A DNA stretch of 64,000 bases, from contig JAPEUG010000056.1 of NCBI GenBank assembly GCA_026025795.1, forward strand, positions 1-64,000, written 5' to 3'. Under the pieces are notes generated by a model. The model ran no database searches and had not been told where the DNA came from. It saw only the letters and a program-made list of their open reading frames with translations. Source of the DNA: Thelocarpon superellum (Eukaryota). Positions 34,936-47,102 of the stretch are shown here, piece by piece (the stretch's first letter is position 1; each line of letters starts with the position of its first letter). A program made the translations under genes and the position numbers.

Positions 34936-36478
34936 CCCGGCCACGGCGGCGAGGACGAGCTTATCGAGGGACACTCCCGGTGCGGATCAGGTGCGGTGGG
35001 TGCGGGCGCTCAGCTCAGCCAGAAACGGAAAAGTATGCAAAGGGTGATGATCGGCCTAGATGGCTCTCATGTTGACGGTGAGTGTTTGCAGCAGTGATCG
35101 AAGGTTGCACTGAAGTTGTTCCCCAATCTTGGTATCACGGGTTGGGTTTTACACGAGTGGATTCAGAGCCTCTGCTCCCTCTAGCAGGGGCACAAGGCTG
35201 AACATAAGTACTCGTGCCCGTACCCGTAATGGGCCTTGGTGTTTGTCGACGCCTCATCGTGCCTGCCAGACTTGTGTGGTACTCGCTGGGTGGATGCATG
35301 GTAAGGCGGCTTGACTATTTCAAGAGTGATAGCGCCTGTCGTGGCTGGCCAGTCGTGGCTGAGCCATGCCTGGACAGCCCTACTCCTCCCAATCGTGCAG
35401 CGTCCCAGAAGGGATCCAGGCCTTCAGCCGAGCCCGGGACGGCGTGGCTTCTTTCGATAGTCCCTCGTAGCGGGATTAACCGACTACGCTCGGCTGTGCG
35501 AGCACCGGTAAGGGTCCATTCCGACGACGAGCCCCAGGAGATCAAGATGGATCATCTCCTTGATGAGTCGTGCCTCGGGAAAGACCCGACAACTGCCAGG
35601 TGTGTCTCAGTACGCGTCAGGCGGCTTGTAGATGGTGCCCGATAAGCAGCTACGTCGGCGCGCGGAAGCTTCTCAACGAACGATCGCACCGTGTACTATT
35701 GGTGGCCAGCGACCGGCGACGTGTTGCGGAACGGCACGATTTCTCGCAGGTGTAAATGCCCCGCTTACCGCTCGTTACTGGAGATTGAGGGGCAACTCTA
35801 TGTTACCGCAAGAGGGTCTTAAGGTGTCGCTTTCTACAAGGCTACGTCTTACTGAACGAGGATTTCCAGCGTCCAAGATGGCACGACAGACATGAGAGAT
35901 TGAACAAAGATCGGCTTCCAAGGGTGCTTTCTGTTAAGAGATGGGCCACTCATGCCGCGGTATCTATCCATGCCACTGCCTTACATGAGTCACTGATGGT
36001 TTGAAGAGGGGGGTGGACGGGGAGGCGTGGCAGGCAATGCAAGGAGGGTGGTAGGAAGTATCCGTCCCAACGCGCCGCGTCCGGGCGAATCACTTGGTCT
36101 AAAACTTAGCGACCGTGCAAGCGATCGATTGAAATTCGGCGCACAAATCTTTTTGCAAGAAGCCCCGCCATCATTTGTACATGTACAAAACCAGGGCCAC
36201 GAACCCGCCAATTTGTCCATTCAGAGTTGACTGGTGCTTCGGTTTCCATCTGTACCTGGGTCTGTCGGCAGCCGAGATTTGTTTCTGCCTGCTGGGGGCG
36301 CAATCCAGGCGCGGAGGGAGCCACAGGCAACGAGAACGGGTTACATCGGTCGCGGTCCTGCCCCACCACTAGCCTGACTCTTCCGACTTTACCCATTGAT
36401 CCATCTGCCCATTATCCTTACCGCCCACCACCCCCCACAACCGTCCACCCTCCATCACATCGTCCGCATACCTCCACA

Positions 36479-38640
36479 ATGGTATCGGCATCAAAAGCAG
36501 CGCGCGATGCTAAGCGGGCTGCCGCAGGAGGCGAGAAGAAAAAGACGGCGGTGTCTCGGATTTCCTCCAAAAACGGGTCGACCACGGGCTCCAAGGCGTC
36601 GTCCGTTGCGGGAGATGATACGCCACCGCTCCTGGACAGCGATGGAAACCCTCTCCCAGGAAGCGATGATAATGCGACGACGGCGGGCAAGATGCCAGAT
36701 GTGAGCAAGCTCGCGTTACAAGAGGACAAAGATGGTCTGTCGGATCGGGTGACGACGGGGGTGCTGGCGTCGCTGCAGGCCAGTCGCGACGTTAAGATCA
36801 CCTCGGCCTCGTTAGTCTTCCACGGCAAGGTCTTGATCACCGACACCACGCTCGAGCTCAACTACGGACGGAGATATGGCTTGTTGGGGGAGAACGGATG
36901 TGGAAAGTCGACGATCCTCAAGGCCATTGCCCGGCGCGAGTACCCGATTCCCGAGCACGTCGACATCTATCTCTTGAACGAGGGCGCGGCGCCGAGCGAC
37001 TTGGGGGCGTTGGAATGGGTGGTGCGGGAAGCCAACAACGAGATGGACCGACTGGACAAGTTGGCGGAAGATATTCTGGAGAAGGATGGTCCGGAGAGTC
37101 CGATCCTGATGGATCTGTACGAGGTGGGTACTGCAGTCGGAGGAACTGGATGATGTGTCGATCTGACGTACGCAGCGCATGGAAACGATGGACCCGTCGA
37201 CCTTCCAGACCCGAGCGTCGCTCATCTTGACGGGACTGGGCTTCAACAAGGTCACGATCAACAAGCGGACGCGAGACATGTCGGGTGGATGGCGGATGCG
37301 AGTGGCGCTGGCCAAGGCGCTGTTCGTGAAGCCTTCGCTCCTCCTCTTGGACGACCCGACGGCGCATCTGGACCTGGAGGCGTGTGTGTGGTTGGAGGAA
37401 TATCTCAAGAAGTGGGATCGGACGTTGGTGTTGGTGTCGCACAGTGAGGATTTCCTCAATGGCGTGTGCACGAACATGATCGACATGCGGATGCGACAGT
37501 TGATCTACTACGGAGGAAACTACGATACGTAAGTACACCTGGGCATGGGACGATGATCGAACGACGCTGATCAGCACCAGATATTTCAAGACGCGATCGG
37601 AGCAGGAGACGAACCAGATGAAGGCGTACCACAAGCAGCAAGAAGAGATCCTGCACATCAAGAAGTTCATCGCGTCAGCCGGCACTTACGCGAACCTGGT
37701 GCGGCAGGCCAAGTCACGGCAGAAGATCCTGGACAAGATGGAGGCGGACGGCTTCATCCAGCCCGTGGCACAAGACCGGGTGTTCACCTTCCGCTTCGCA
37801 GACGTGGAAAAGCTCCCGCCGCCCGTCCTGTCGTTTGACGACGTGACCTTTTCCTACTCGGGCAACGCCAAGGACAATCTGTACGAGCACCTCGACCTCG
37901 GCGTGGACATGGACTCGCGCGTGGCGCTGGTGGGGCCCAACGGGGTGGGCAAGTCCACGTTGCTCCGCATCATGACGGGCAAGCTGTCACCCACGGCCGG
38001 CGTCGTATCGCGGCACACGCATCTCAAGTTGGGGATGTACAGCCAGCACAGCGCGGAGCAGCTGGACCTGACCAAGTCGTCGCTGGACTTTGTGCGCGAC
38101 AAGTACGCCAGCAAGAGCCAAGACTACCAGTACTGGCGGCAGCAGCTGGGCCGGTACGGACTCAGCGGCGACTCGCAGACGGCATTGATGGGCACGTTGT
38201 CCGAGGGCCAGAAATCACGCATTGTCTTTGCCCTCCTGGCCATCGACAGTCCCAACATGCTTCTCCTTGACGAACCCACCAACGGACTGGACATTCCGAC
38301 CATTGATAGTTTGGCCGATGCCATCAATGCCTTTAGTGGTGGTGTGGTGGTGGTATCGCATGATTTCAGGTGGGCTTTCCCCTGTCCTTCCGTGTCCCTC
38401 CCTGTGTCTTCATCTTGCCCCAATCTTCCTCCTTTTCTCTTCCCCTCCCCTTTCCTCGTCTCGCAAGACTTGGTCGAGGAACAGAATAAGGCTGACGGCA
38501 AGGGCGGGGAAAGACTTCTAGACAAAATCGCCAAAGACATCATGGTATGCGAGAACAAGACGGTGCGACGATGGGACGGCAGCATCGGCGAGTATAAGAA
38601 TCATTTGAGGAAGAAGATGGTTGAGAAGGGCGCGGTCTAG
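36479..38640 (+). CDS. ARB1: ABC-F ATPase Arb1 (ABCF2)
   Basis: Starts MVSASKAAR. Motifs [37 protein letters not shown] and LSEGQKSR. Three introns, the last at 38370-38513. Confidence 0.95.
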
Positions 38641-38980
38641 ACACGGTCGAAGAAAGGGAAATGAGAAGCCGCATGAAGAAGGAAATGAGCGAGATGAACC
38701 AAAAAGAGGGGAGGAGAGAGGAAGAAGAAGGAAGGACAAAAGGAGAAAGAACAATGAGTATCCTTAGATGAGTCCTATCATTCTTTTTGCAACGTAACGC
38801 AACGCAACGCAACCAGGCATGAAGATAGAGTTGAACCACATCCATTTCTTCATTCCTTCATTTTCTCATTCCTTCATCCCTTCATTGGTCGTCTACGCCT
38901 GTACCTATGCCCGCCATGATATGCTACGCTATCCTGCGCTATGCTTAGCATGTTATGCTGCAGGCTCGACCAAAGTCAAA

Positions 38981-40595
38981 TCAGCTGATCAACGCCCCTC
39001 CGAAAGGATCTTCTATCCCCCTTTCCTTTCCCTTTTCCTTTCGATCCTGTCTCATCCCTTCTCCCCCCTCTCCATTCCCTTCTCCGTCTGCAGTCCCAGG
39101 ACCCCCCTTCCGCCAAAGCATCTGCTTGGCCTTCGCCAAGCCGACCAAATCCAACATGTCTGGATTCTGGCACTGGAACAGCTTGCGGTCTATGTACTCC
39201 AACTCCTTGATCTGCGCGCTCATGCCCCGCTCCGCTTCTGCTTGTGCTCCTGCAGCCGAGCCGTCAGCGCCGTTGCTTCCGTGCGCGGGACGCAGAGCGC
39301 GCATCAAGGCCGCGGCAGATCGGAGGTGCGTTAGTAGCTTCATCTTGAGCGGGGTGGGCGCTTCGATGTCGTCCTGAGGGGATGTCGTAGAAGTCACCAT
39401 GGAGGTCGAGGTGGAAGAAGAAAGAGAAGGAGAGAAGAGCTTGACGTCCAGGTAGAACAGTAACAGCGGCTCGTCGACTTGTAGGAAACATGCCAGCCAG
39501 ATCTGAGCGGGCGTGTAGAGGAAATAGGCGTCCGTGAGCTGCGCTTCGTGCTTGAGTAGGTCTTTGGCCTTGCCGTGTGCGGACCGGATTCGTGCTGCCA
39601 TTCGCTCGTCCGCTGCTTCTTCTTCTTCTTCTCCTCCTCCTTCTTCTCCTTCTATATCCATCCCATCATCACTTCCGGTCTGGTCTCCAGGCGGGATTGT
39701 CCTCCTGCTCCCACTCCCATTCGCCTCTCGAGGTTCAATCGTCCTCATCTTCTCCTTCACCCGGGCTGCAAGCTCCTTATTCCCGCTAAGCGCCGGCGGT
39801 AACCCACCCCCGTTCCCGTCCAGCAGCGCCAGTAACTCCATGAAGCCTCCCTCGAGCGCACGAAACGGATGCCGCACGTCAAAAGTGAACCGCAGACCCT
39901 GCGTCACCAGCATCTCGGCTGCAATGATGTCTTCCGGTGTGGTTTTGGGCACTTTGGCCGCAAACTTGCCGAGGGGGCAGTAGTGATTCTCGGTCTTGGT
40001 GGCGAGAAAGAGGGCGCAGGGCATGATGGATTTCGGGTGGTATGTCATGGGTGAGTTGGAGAGGTAGAATCGTTTGAGGTATTGTACTGCGGTGGACTTG
40101 CCGATGATGGAGGGTCAGTACTCCAATGCGATGAGTGAGTCGGTGGAGGGTTAGATGAGTGCATGGACATGCCTTTACGGTTGTGGGAAAGCCACAGAAA
40201 TCAGCCAGATCCATCGCCTTGCGACAGTAGTAGACCAAGAGTTGATCTTCTTCTGCTACCGTCAGGCATACGACGACGCTGGCGTCCGCATCCGCATCCG
40301 CATCCGCATCCGCATCTGCATCGTGTCCATATTGTCCCCCGTTGCCATTTGTGGTCCTCCCTCCGTCCCGCCGCGCGCCGTTGGTCTTCTTTCCTTCGTT
40401 CCGGGCCTGATCCGCGTCTCTCGTCGTGGTCTCTCCATCATCTACGTCTAGTCCTTGCCGACGTCGCTGGATGGCCGCTTTGACGTGCTCGGTGGCGAGG
40501 GCGTTGGTGTTGGCTCGGAGAAGTTCCAGCGCCTCGGGCGTGAAGGACCAGAGTCGATATTGCGTTGACGCTCGGTAGCTGGCGTCTTCGGCCAT
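38981..40595 (-). CDS. CCL1: Cyclin H / Ccl1 (TFIIK)
   Basis: YRASTQYRLWSFT, LTVAEEDQL, YHPKSIMPCALFLATKTEN, FTFDVRHPFRALEG and TDAYFLYTPAQIW. One intron. Confidence 0.9.
40284..40322. repeat. (TCCGCA)n coding hexamer repeat (Asp-Ala run in cyclin H)
   Basis: Tandem tccgca units, translated DADADADA on the minus strand. Confidence 0.8.
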
Positions 40596-40791
40596 GGTGG
40601 AGAGTCGAGGAGAGGAGAGGTAGAGGGTGGACGAGTGAGGAGAGGGTGATGCGAGCGTGGGTGGGTGAGCTTGGGAAGACTTGGATCTCTCTTGCGTGAG
40701 ACCCGACTTGGTGCAGGCTGCATATGAAGCTTTGTACAGTATCTATGTGTGTGTGGTACGAGTAGGTCGCGATGGATAACGAATCGTCGAC

Positions 40792-40883
40792 CGCCATCGC
40801 CATCGCCATCGCCATCGCCATCGCCATCGCCATCGCCACCGCCATCGCCATCGCCACCGCCATCGCCATCGCCACCGCCATCA
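40792..40883. repeat. (CGCCAT)n hexanucleotide microsatellite
   Basis: About 15 units, some with the CGCCAC variant, between the CCL1 start and the NIPA stop. Confidence 0.92.
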
Positions 40884-41014
40884 CGAACGTACAAAACACG
40901 TGTACACCACCAATTAAAGATAATGTCTTCAAGAAATAGATGGAATCACACTCAGTCCGCTCCTCAACAACCATCTACATGAACAATCAATGATGACCAC
41001 GAGGCCCATTTGGG

Positions 41015-43162
41015 TTATGGCTCCTCCCTCCGAATGTCATCCCCACTCTTGCCCCGCCGTCGAGCTCGCATGAGCGTGCTCAAGGTCGACGACAGATTCC
41101 GCGCTATCCCTCTAAACGCCGTCCGTGATCCCTCTGCACTCGGCTCATTGACCACCATCGTCGCGGCCGGCGCGTGCTCGCTCTCCGACGTCTGTTCCAC
41201 CCGCCCCCACACGCTCTGTGATCGGACACTGCCAAGACTTGGGGTGGCAGGCAGGCCACGTTCGGCCAAATCTCCCGACCGATGGATCGCTCGCCTTGCC
41301 GCAGGCGACGCCGCATTGTCGCGTCGTAAGGAATCGGCCACGACGGCGCTCAGAGACGATGACAGCGGCGAGATGTACGGCCCCGGGAGCATCCTCGAGA
41401 TGGAATTGCGCCCGAGGGTCGGCGGTCGGGTACGATTCGGAGTCGATGTGTACGTCTCATGGTGCCCCCCACCGTCCTGGGCCTCCGACGGAAGGAGAGG
41501 CGCCGAGGTCGTCGAGAGAAGCGGGGGCGTCTGCGCACGAGGAGCACCAGGATGCTCACGGTCCGAGAGCCACGGATTGTCCTCGACGGGTAGCGGAGGG
41601 GAGGCCGTCGGGCTTTGCGCCGCGCCATCCGAGGAAAAGGCAAGCGACGGCGCCTGCGACGACTGATACCGTCGCAGTGGCGCGTGTACTGATGATCGTC
41701 CGTCGTCGCTCGGAGGTGAGCCACGCCGGCGTTTGGATATCTCACTCGCTCCTCGAGACGGACCATCGGATGCTACGGCGCCCTGAATTGTGGCATCGTC
41801 GGACATCTCGTCCGTCTGACGACCGCGCCTCGAGGTCGGGAGACGCGGTCCATGGTCGTCATCCCCGTCCTCATCCTCATCCTCATTCTCGTGCTCATCT
41901 CCTCGGCCCCGTCCACTCGTGATCAGGTAGACGCCCAGGAAGGTCAAGGCACAGCCAAACAAAAACTTCATCATCTGCGCCGCATCCGCGTGCTCAAAGT
42001 CGCGGTACAAGATGGCGCTCCCAACGATGACGGACAAGGTAAAGAGGACGAATTGAGTGGGGATGACTTGGGTCGAGTCGAATCGCTGAAGCGCGCGATT
42101 GACGTACTTGATCTGCAACAATGCGGTGGAGAAGAGAATGGCGAGCAAGACGTAGGTGATGGGGAAGGTCAACACGTGCCACAGGGTGTAGGATAACAGC
42201 GTGGCCACGCCCTTGGTGGAGAGGGCGGTGTAGCCGCCAAACAGTGCGACCAAGCCCAGATCAATCAAGATGGTCCGGTGCCCGTAGCGACTGCTGGCCC
42301 ACATGCCCAGCGCGATGAGCGTCACCGTGATGGCGACGTAGAGCTCGAACTCCCACCGTGTGATGGCGTCGAGGATCTCGTCGGGGCCCAAGACCGTGTC
42401 GGAGGGCTTGGCGCTGAGCACGACCGTCACCGCGCCACCGATGGCGATGATGACGCCGAGCAGATCGCGGCGGCGGAAGTGTTCCTTGAGCATGATGGGC
42501 GCGATGACGCAGTTGGACACGAGAGCGACGACGCCCAGCGGCGAGACGATGGAGGCCGGGGCAAAGCCGTAGGCCAGGAAGTTGCCGGCCTCGCCCGTCG
42601 TCATCAGAAGCACGCCGGCCCACCAATAGGGGGATCGCAGGTAGGTCTGTCGTCGTTCGTCGGACTCGTCTTTCTCCACGTCCACGTCGGATTGCATCTC
42701 CGAGTGCGCGTAGTCGAGGTGCTGGGCGCCCATCAGGCGCGCCGTCTCCGTCGGCCCCGCCTCTCCCTCGTCATCCTCATCCCCGTCGACCACGGCGTCA
42801 AGCGCTCGGCGCCGGCCACGGCCCAGCCCCCCGTTCCTCGCGCCGTTCATGGCCGTGCCGTAGTCGCCCGCGGCGCTGCGTTTCGCCTGGCCCAGCTTCC
42901 GTGGCCGGAGGCGATCATCTTGTTCCCGACTCAGGCGGATGTGGGCGTAGCGCTGGATGTTGAGGGCAAAGGAGATAAGGATGTTCCCGACGATGGCGGT
43001 GATGATGCCGATCAGTGACGACCATCCCGTGAGGTCGGAGTCGTCGTTGCCCGCGGCACCGATGACGGCGAGGACGGGGTCGAGGAGCATGTTGAATCCG
43101 CCGACGGCACCAGTGACCGGCCCGCGGACCACAGCGATGGCGGTCGATCCGTCCGACACCAT
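41015..43162 (-). CDS. NIPA-family (DUF803) Mg2+ transporter-like protein
   Basis: GNILISFALNIQRYAH, YLRSPYWWAG, GEAGNFLAYGFAPASIVSPLG and NRALQRFDSTQVIPTQFV. Multiple TM segments. Confidence 0.9.
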   Translation of the reverse strand: MVSDGSTAIAVVRGPVTGAVGGFNMLLDPVLAVIGAAGNDDSDLTGWSSLIGIITAIVGNILISFALNIQRYAHIRLSREQDDRLRPRKLGQAKRSAAGDYGTAMNGARNGGLGRGRRRALDAVVDGDEDDEGEAGPTETARLMGAQHLDYAHSEMQSDVDVEKDESDERRQTYLRSPYWWAGVLLMTTGEAGNFLAYGFAPASIVSPLGVVALVSNCVIAPIMLKEHFRRRDLLGVIIAIGGAVTVVLSAKPSDTVLGPDEILDAITRWEFELYVAITVTLIALGMWASSRYGHRTILIDLGLVALFGGYTALSTKGVATLLSYTLWHVLTFPITYVLLAILFSTALLQIKYVNRALQRFDSTQVIPTQFVLFTLSVIVGSAILYRDFEHADAAQMMKFLFGCALTFLGVYLITSGRGRGDEHENEDEDEDGDDDHGPRLPTSRRGRQTDEMSDDATIQGAVASDGPSRGASEISKRRRGSPPSDDGRSSVHAPLRRYQSSQAPSLAFSSDGAAQSPTASPPLPVEDNPWLSDREHPGAPRAQTPPLLSTTSAPLLPSEAQDGGGHHETYTSTPNRTRPPTLGRNSISRMLPGPYISPLSSSLSAVVADSLRRDNAASPAARRAIHRSGDLAERGLPATPSLGSVRSQSVWGRVEQTSESEHAPAATMVVNEPSAEGSRTAFRGIARNLSSTLSTLMRARRRGKSGDDIRREEP

Positions 43163-43825
43163 GTCCTTGGCCCGTCACCACCACATGCGGACTGTCAGCT
43201 GCGGGCAGGATGGCCGTCAGTGCCCGCACGGCTTTCCGTGACGGCAGGACCAGGGCCGAAGTAGCAGAGGCAGTGGCACAAGCAGTGGCAGAGGCGGATC
43301 AGATCGCATCTCGCTGCCGTGCCCTGCCGGTCCGTCGCTCCTCTCTCTCGCTCTCCCTTTCTCTCTCTATCTCGCTGCACCGCCCAATCGAGTCGAGGCG
43401 ATTCGTGAAGTCATGGGGGATCGCCTAGCGCGACCTAACCGGGCGTGGTGGGGGGAAACCGCGGCAGCTGGGGAGGGCCCCCAATACCAACACCCGGCTG
43501 CCTGTCACACCGGGGCGCAGGCGTGGCAGGGTACGGTACGCGACAGGTCGAATCGCCGTGCCGCTCGTTCTAAGGGCGAGCGCCGGCAGCATCACCGGCG
43601 TGAGACTGAGATTCCATCGGTCCAGCGTACGCGTGTTGGGCTTGTGCGAGTAGACGCCCCCCACCCCAACATGGTACCCGGAGTTCCCCGGGAGTTGTTC
43701 TGTGTCTTGGAGGTCACCCATGAGCCTAAGTAGTAGTTACGCATTACTCCGCCATCCCTCTTCACGCCCATCCATGCAGCTCAGTCATGATCCCTTTTCT
43801 GTAATACATGCTCATCGACATCTTG

Positions 43826-45696
43826 CTATCGCTTTGCCTTTTTCTTATCCGGCCCGTCGTCCTCAGCCTCGTCATCGCTGACTTCGGCGTAGATCCTTCT
43901 GAAAGTCAGCGTGACGTTTCTCCACCGGACGCTGGGGGACTTGGAACACGTACGTGGTCGGCTGCGTCTCTTTCCAGGCGTTGGTAAACATGGGATCGTT
44001 CTTCGCCTTGTCCGCATACTTGAGCAAGGCCTCCCGGGGGTCTTCATCCCGCATCGAACTGAGCGGGATGTGGTCCCGGATGTGCTGCTCGTCCGGCTGC
44101 GTCTTGGCAAAGGGCGTCGTTGCCGGAATGTGGGGACGGCGAGGATCGCGCGATCGGCCCGAGGCGGTAAGGCCGACGGTGGGATGGCGGGCCGCGCGAC
44201 TGGCCGCGCCATGGTTGGAGCCGGGGAGGCCGTTGGGCGTGATGATGGCGTCACCCGCGAGACCCTGCGACAGGTCCGTCGTCAAGGTCGGGTCGTCGTC
44301 GATGTGCCGCCGCTTGGGCGCCTTGGACATGATCAAGACCGCGCCCTTGGTCGAGATGGTGGGGTTGTAGAGCACGTGGGTCTCGGCGTTGGCCGAGCCG
44401 GTGATGATCTGATTGAGCTTCTCGTGCCAGAGCACCGTGATCAGCGGCGAGTTTGGCGTCACCGGCGTCACCAGCTCGGGCTTGAGCGTCGCGGGGTTCA
44501 GGATGTGGAGATGTCCCGATGGGGAGCCCGTCATGACGTTCGCCCCACTCGGCGAGAAGCAGATGTTGGAGCCTGGGTATTGACCCGACGTAGATGGGTG
44601 AGCGACCGTGGTCACCGCGGTCTTGAACTTGCGCGTGTCCCACACTGCGAGCCGCATCAGCCGTGCGTCTTGAAGGGTGGTCGGGAGGGTGAGGGGTGTC
44701 GGGCATTTGCTCACATTTGATCGTGTCATCGCCACCGCGTGTAATCACCAGCCGGCCGTCTGGGCTGAGATCAATTCCACCGGTCCACGATTCCTTCGTG
44801 TGGGCGTCCCGGATCTCGGCCGCGGGCCGGGTATATGGCCCATTGCCACTCCACAGGGCGAGGCTACCGTCCAGTGCCGCACCCACCAGCAGAGTGTTCC
44901 CGCCCTGCACCGGCGAGCCCCACGCCACCGCCGTCATCCGGGTCCGCCCGCCCGAGCCGGCGCTCCGCGACATGTGCACGATGACGGATTTCTGGGCCCG
45001 TGGGTGGTTGACGTCCCAGATGCGGAGCGTGCTATCCGTCCCCGCCGTGACGCAAAGTGCACGATCCGTGGGGTGCCAGGCGCCGGTGGTGATCTCGGAG
45101 ACGTGTCCCTTGGTGTGATGCATGTCTCGCAGGTACATGTCGCCCTTGGCAAACTCCACGATACTGTCGCCATCGCGCGACAGCACCTTCGCTTGCGACG
45201 TGGCGGGGATGACAAGGAGCTGTGACGCCGAGAGCGGGTTGAAGGCGACATGGTGGACGGGATGGGTCTCGGCCGTCTTGGACGCGGTGGGGTCGACGGA
45301 CTTGAAGGCCCGCAACGTCGTCGGCGTCATCGAGGCAAAGTCGTGGAACTTGAGCGTGCAGTCGCTCGAGGCCGTGACGAGACGCGCCCCAGACGGATCG
45401 AGCGTGGCGGAGGTGACGGCCCGCTCGTGCGTCTTCAAGACGATCTCATGCGTGGTGGGAAACTCGACCTCGGACTCGTCGTCGCTGGACTCATCCGAGT
45501 CCTCGGCGTCACTGGCATCCTCTGCTGTCGGCCGGTCCGCCGTGGTCCTCGTGTCATCTGTCACCCTTCGGGTGCGGTCGATCTGGGCGGCGATATCGGC
45601 TGACTTGGCCTGCTTGCCAAAGGATGTGGGGAGAAATGCGCGCATGGGGTCCTCGTCGGCCAGGATCGGCTCCTCGACGAAGCTCTCGTCCGCCAT
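43826..45696 (-). CDS. WD-repeat protein, WDR70 family
   Basis: FLPTSFGK, KGDMYLRDMHHTKGHV, TRGGDDTIK^WD and EDPREALLKYA. Two introns. Confidence 0.88.
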
Positions 45697-46173
45697 CGGG
45701 GCGAGAGAGGTCAGCTCTGGTACATCAGCATGCGTTCGAACATGCTCGGGGATATGGAGTGTTCATCTTGCACCCAGATGGATCGCGGTGCGGGCAAACT
45801 CTGGTCTTACCATGTCGGAAAAGTGATGTTTCTTTTCAAGATTGCCATCGTGAACCGACCAGGCCAACGTACGAAGTACCTTCGTACATCCGACGCTTCG
45901 TGCCCCATGTTTCATCCTCCCCTCTACCTCGTTTTCACACCTGGAGGTCCGACCCACACCACACAAATGAGATTAGGTCATGCTCAACGGCCTATGCGTT
46001 GGGGTACGGTAGGTGACTGTCTGTGGTGCCTGCCTAGAGCTCGCTGAAGACTTTCGCATGCGTACACACTGAGCCTCGAGTGGACCTGCGAATTCATTCG
46101 TCGAGCTTCTTGACCACCTGATCCACGGAACACAGTTCACAAGCTCCATTCCACACCAGCCTGAGACTCCAAT

Positions 46174-46817
46174 CTAATCAAACTCAGCGGCCACCTCCTC
46201 CGCACTGACCGGGATCTGGTCCTCGGCCGCCACGATATGCGTGTCTCCTTGGCCTGGGGCCGCGTCGCCCTTGTCTAAGGCGCGCTGACGCCCATCGAGC
46301 CGTGAATCGGCACCTTGGAGGCCGCCATCACTCGCCCCAAGTCCCGCCGTCCCCAGCCTCTGCCGACTGGATGTATGCTGGCCGTCGTGACGAAGTTCGT
46401 TGCTCGTTTGCCCTTGTACCGGTTGTCCTAGGCCCTGATGCACCTCCGCCGAGCTGGCGCCACCCAACGTATCCCCCGCCGATGTGCTTGCGTCTGGGTC
46501 GTCATTATCCATGGCGGACGAGTCCAGTCCTTGTCCCGGGACTTTGGACGAGGTGTTAGGGGCGAAGGTCCGGTCCGCTGGTGCTGTACCTGCAGGTATG
46601 GTCTGCGCGGAGAACTCGGGAGCGTGGTCTGCAGCGGTCACCTTTTGTCCGGGTTGGTGCTGTGACAGCGTCAGCATCCGACCCATCGCGACCGGTCCGA
46701 ATCGAACTGCATCTATGGGCGGCCTACCCCTTTTGTGGTCATGGGCTCGTCTCGGGAAACCTTCGAACGAAATTCCCCGCCGCTGACAACAGCATCAGCG
46801 TTGCGTGAGGCGCTCAT
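46174..46817 (-). CDS. Conserved fungal hypothetical hydrophilic protein
   Basis: Exon 1 MSASRNADAVVSGGEFRSKVSRDEPMTTKG splices to HQPGQKV...APEFSAQTIPAGTAP...EVHQGLGQPVQGQTSNELRHDG. Confidence 0.75.
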
Positions 46818-47102
46818 GATGAGTATCTACGGATTCGACAGTCGTAGAAGGCAGAAAATGATACACAGGATGCAAAAGAGTCACACTGTGGAAGATGGTG
46901 CAAGGATGAGTAGTCCTTGCGGGTCTCGGTCGCCCGTGTGCCAACTCGGTGGCCCCAATTGCACCGGCGGGCATTACGCGGGATGTCGTAGTCCGATGAC
47001 GTCAATTTCTCCGTCGTTTGTCGACAACCCCCCATCACCAGCACCACGTCCTCCCGTACCTTCATATCCGATGGAGTGCCCCGCTAAGCTCGGCGTGCCA
47101 AA

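Noticed and set aside
35000..36400. Candidate ncRNA or small gene between the MARVEL-like gene and ARB1
   Set aside because: No snRNA, snoRNA or SRP signature that I could support; probably divergent promoter and UTR sequence.
40438..40982. ORFs with MAMAMA, DGDGDG or PSPSPS runs
   Set aside because: These are translations of the (CGCCAT)n microsatellite.
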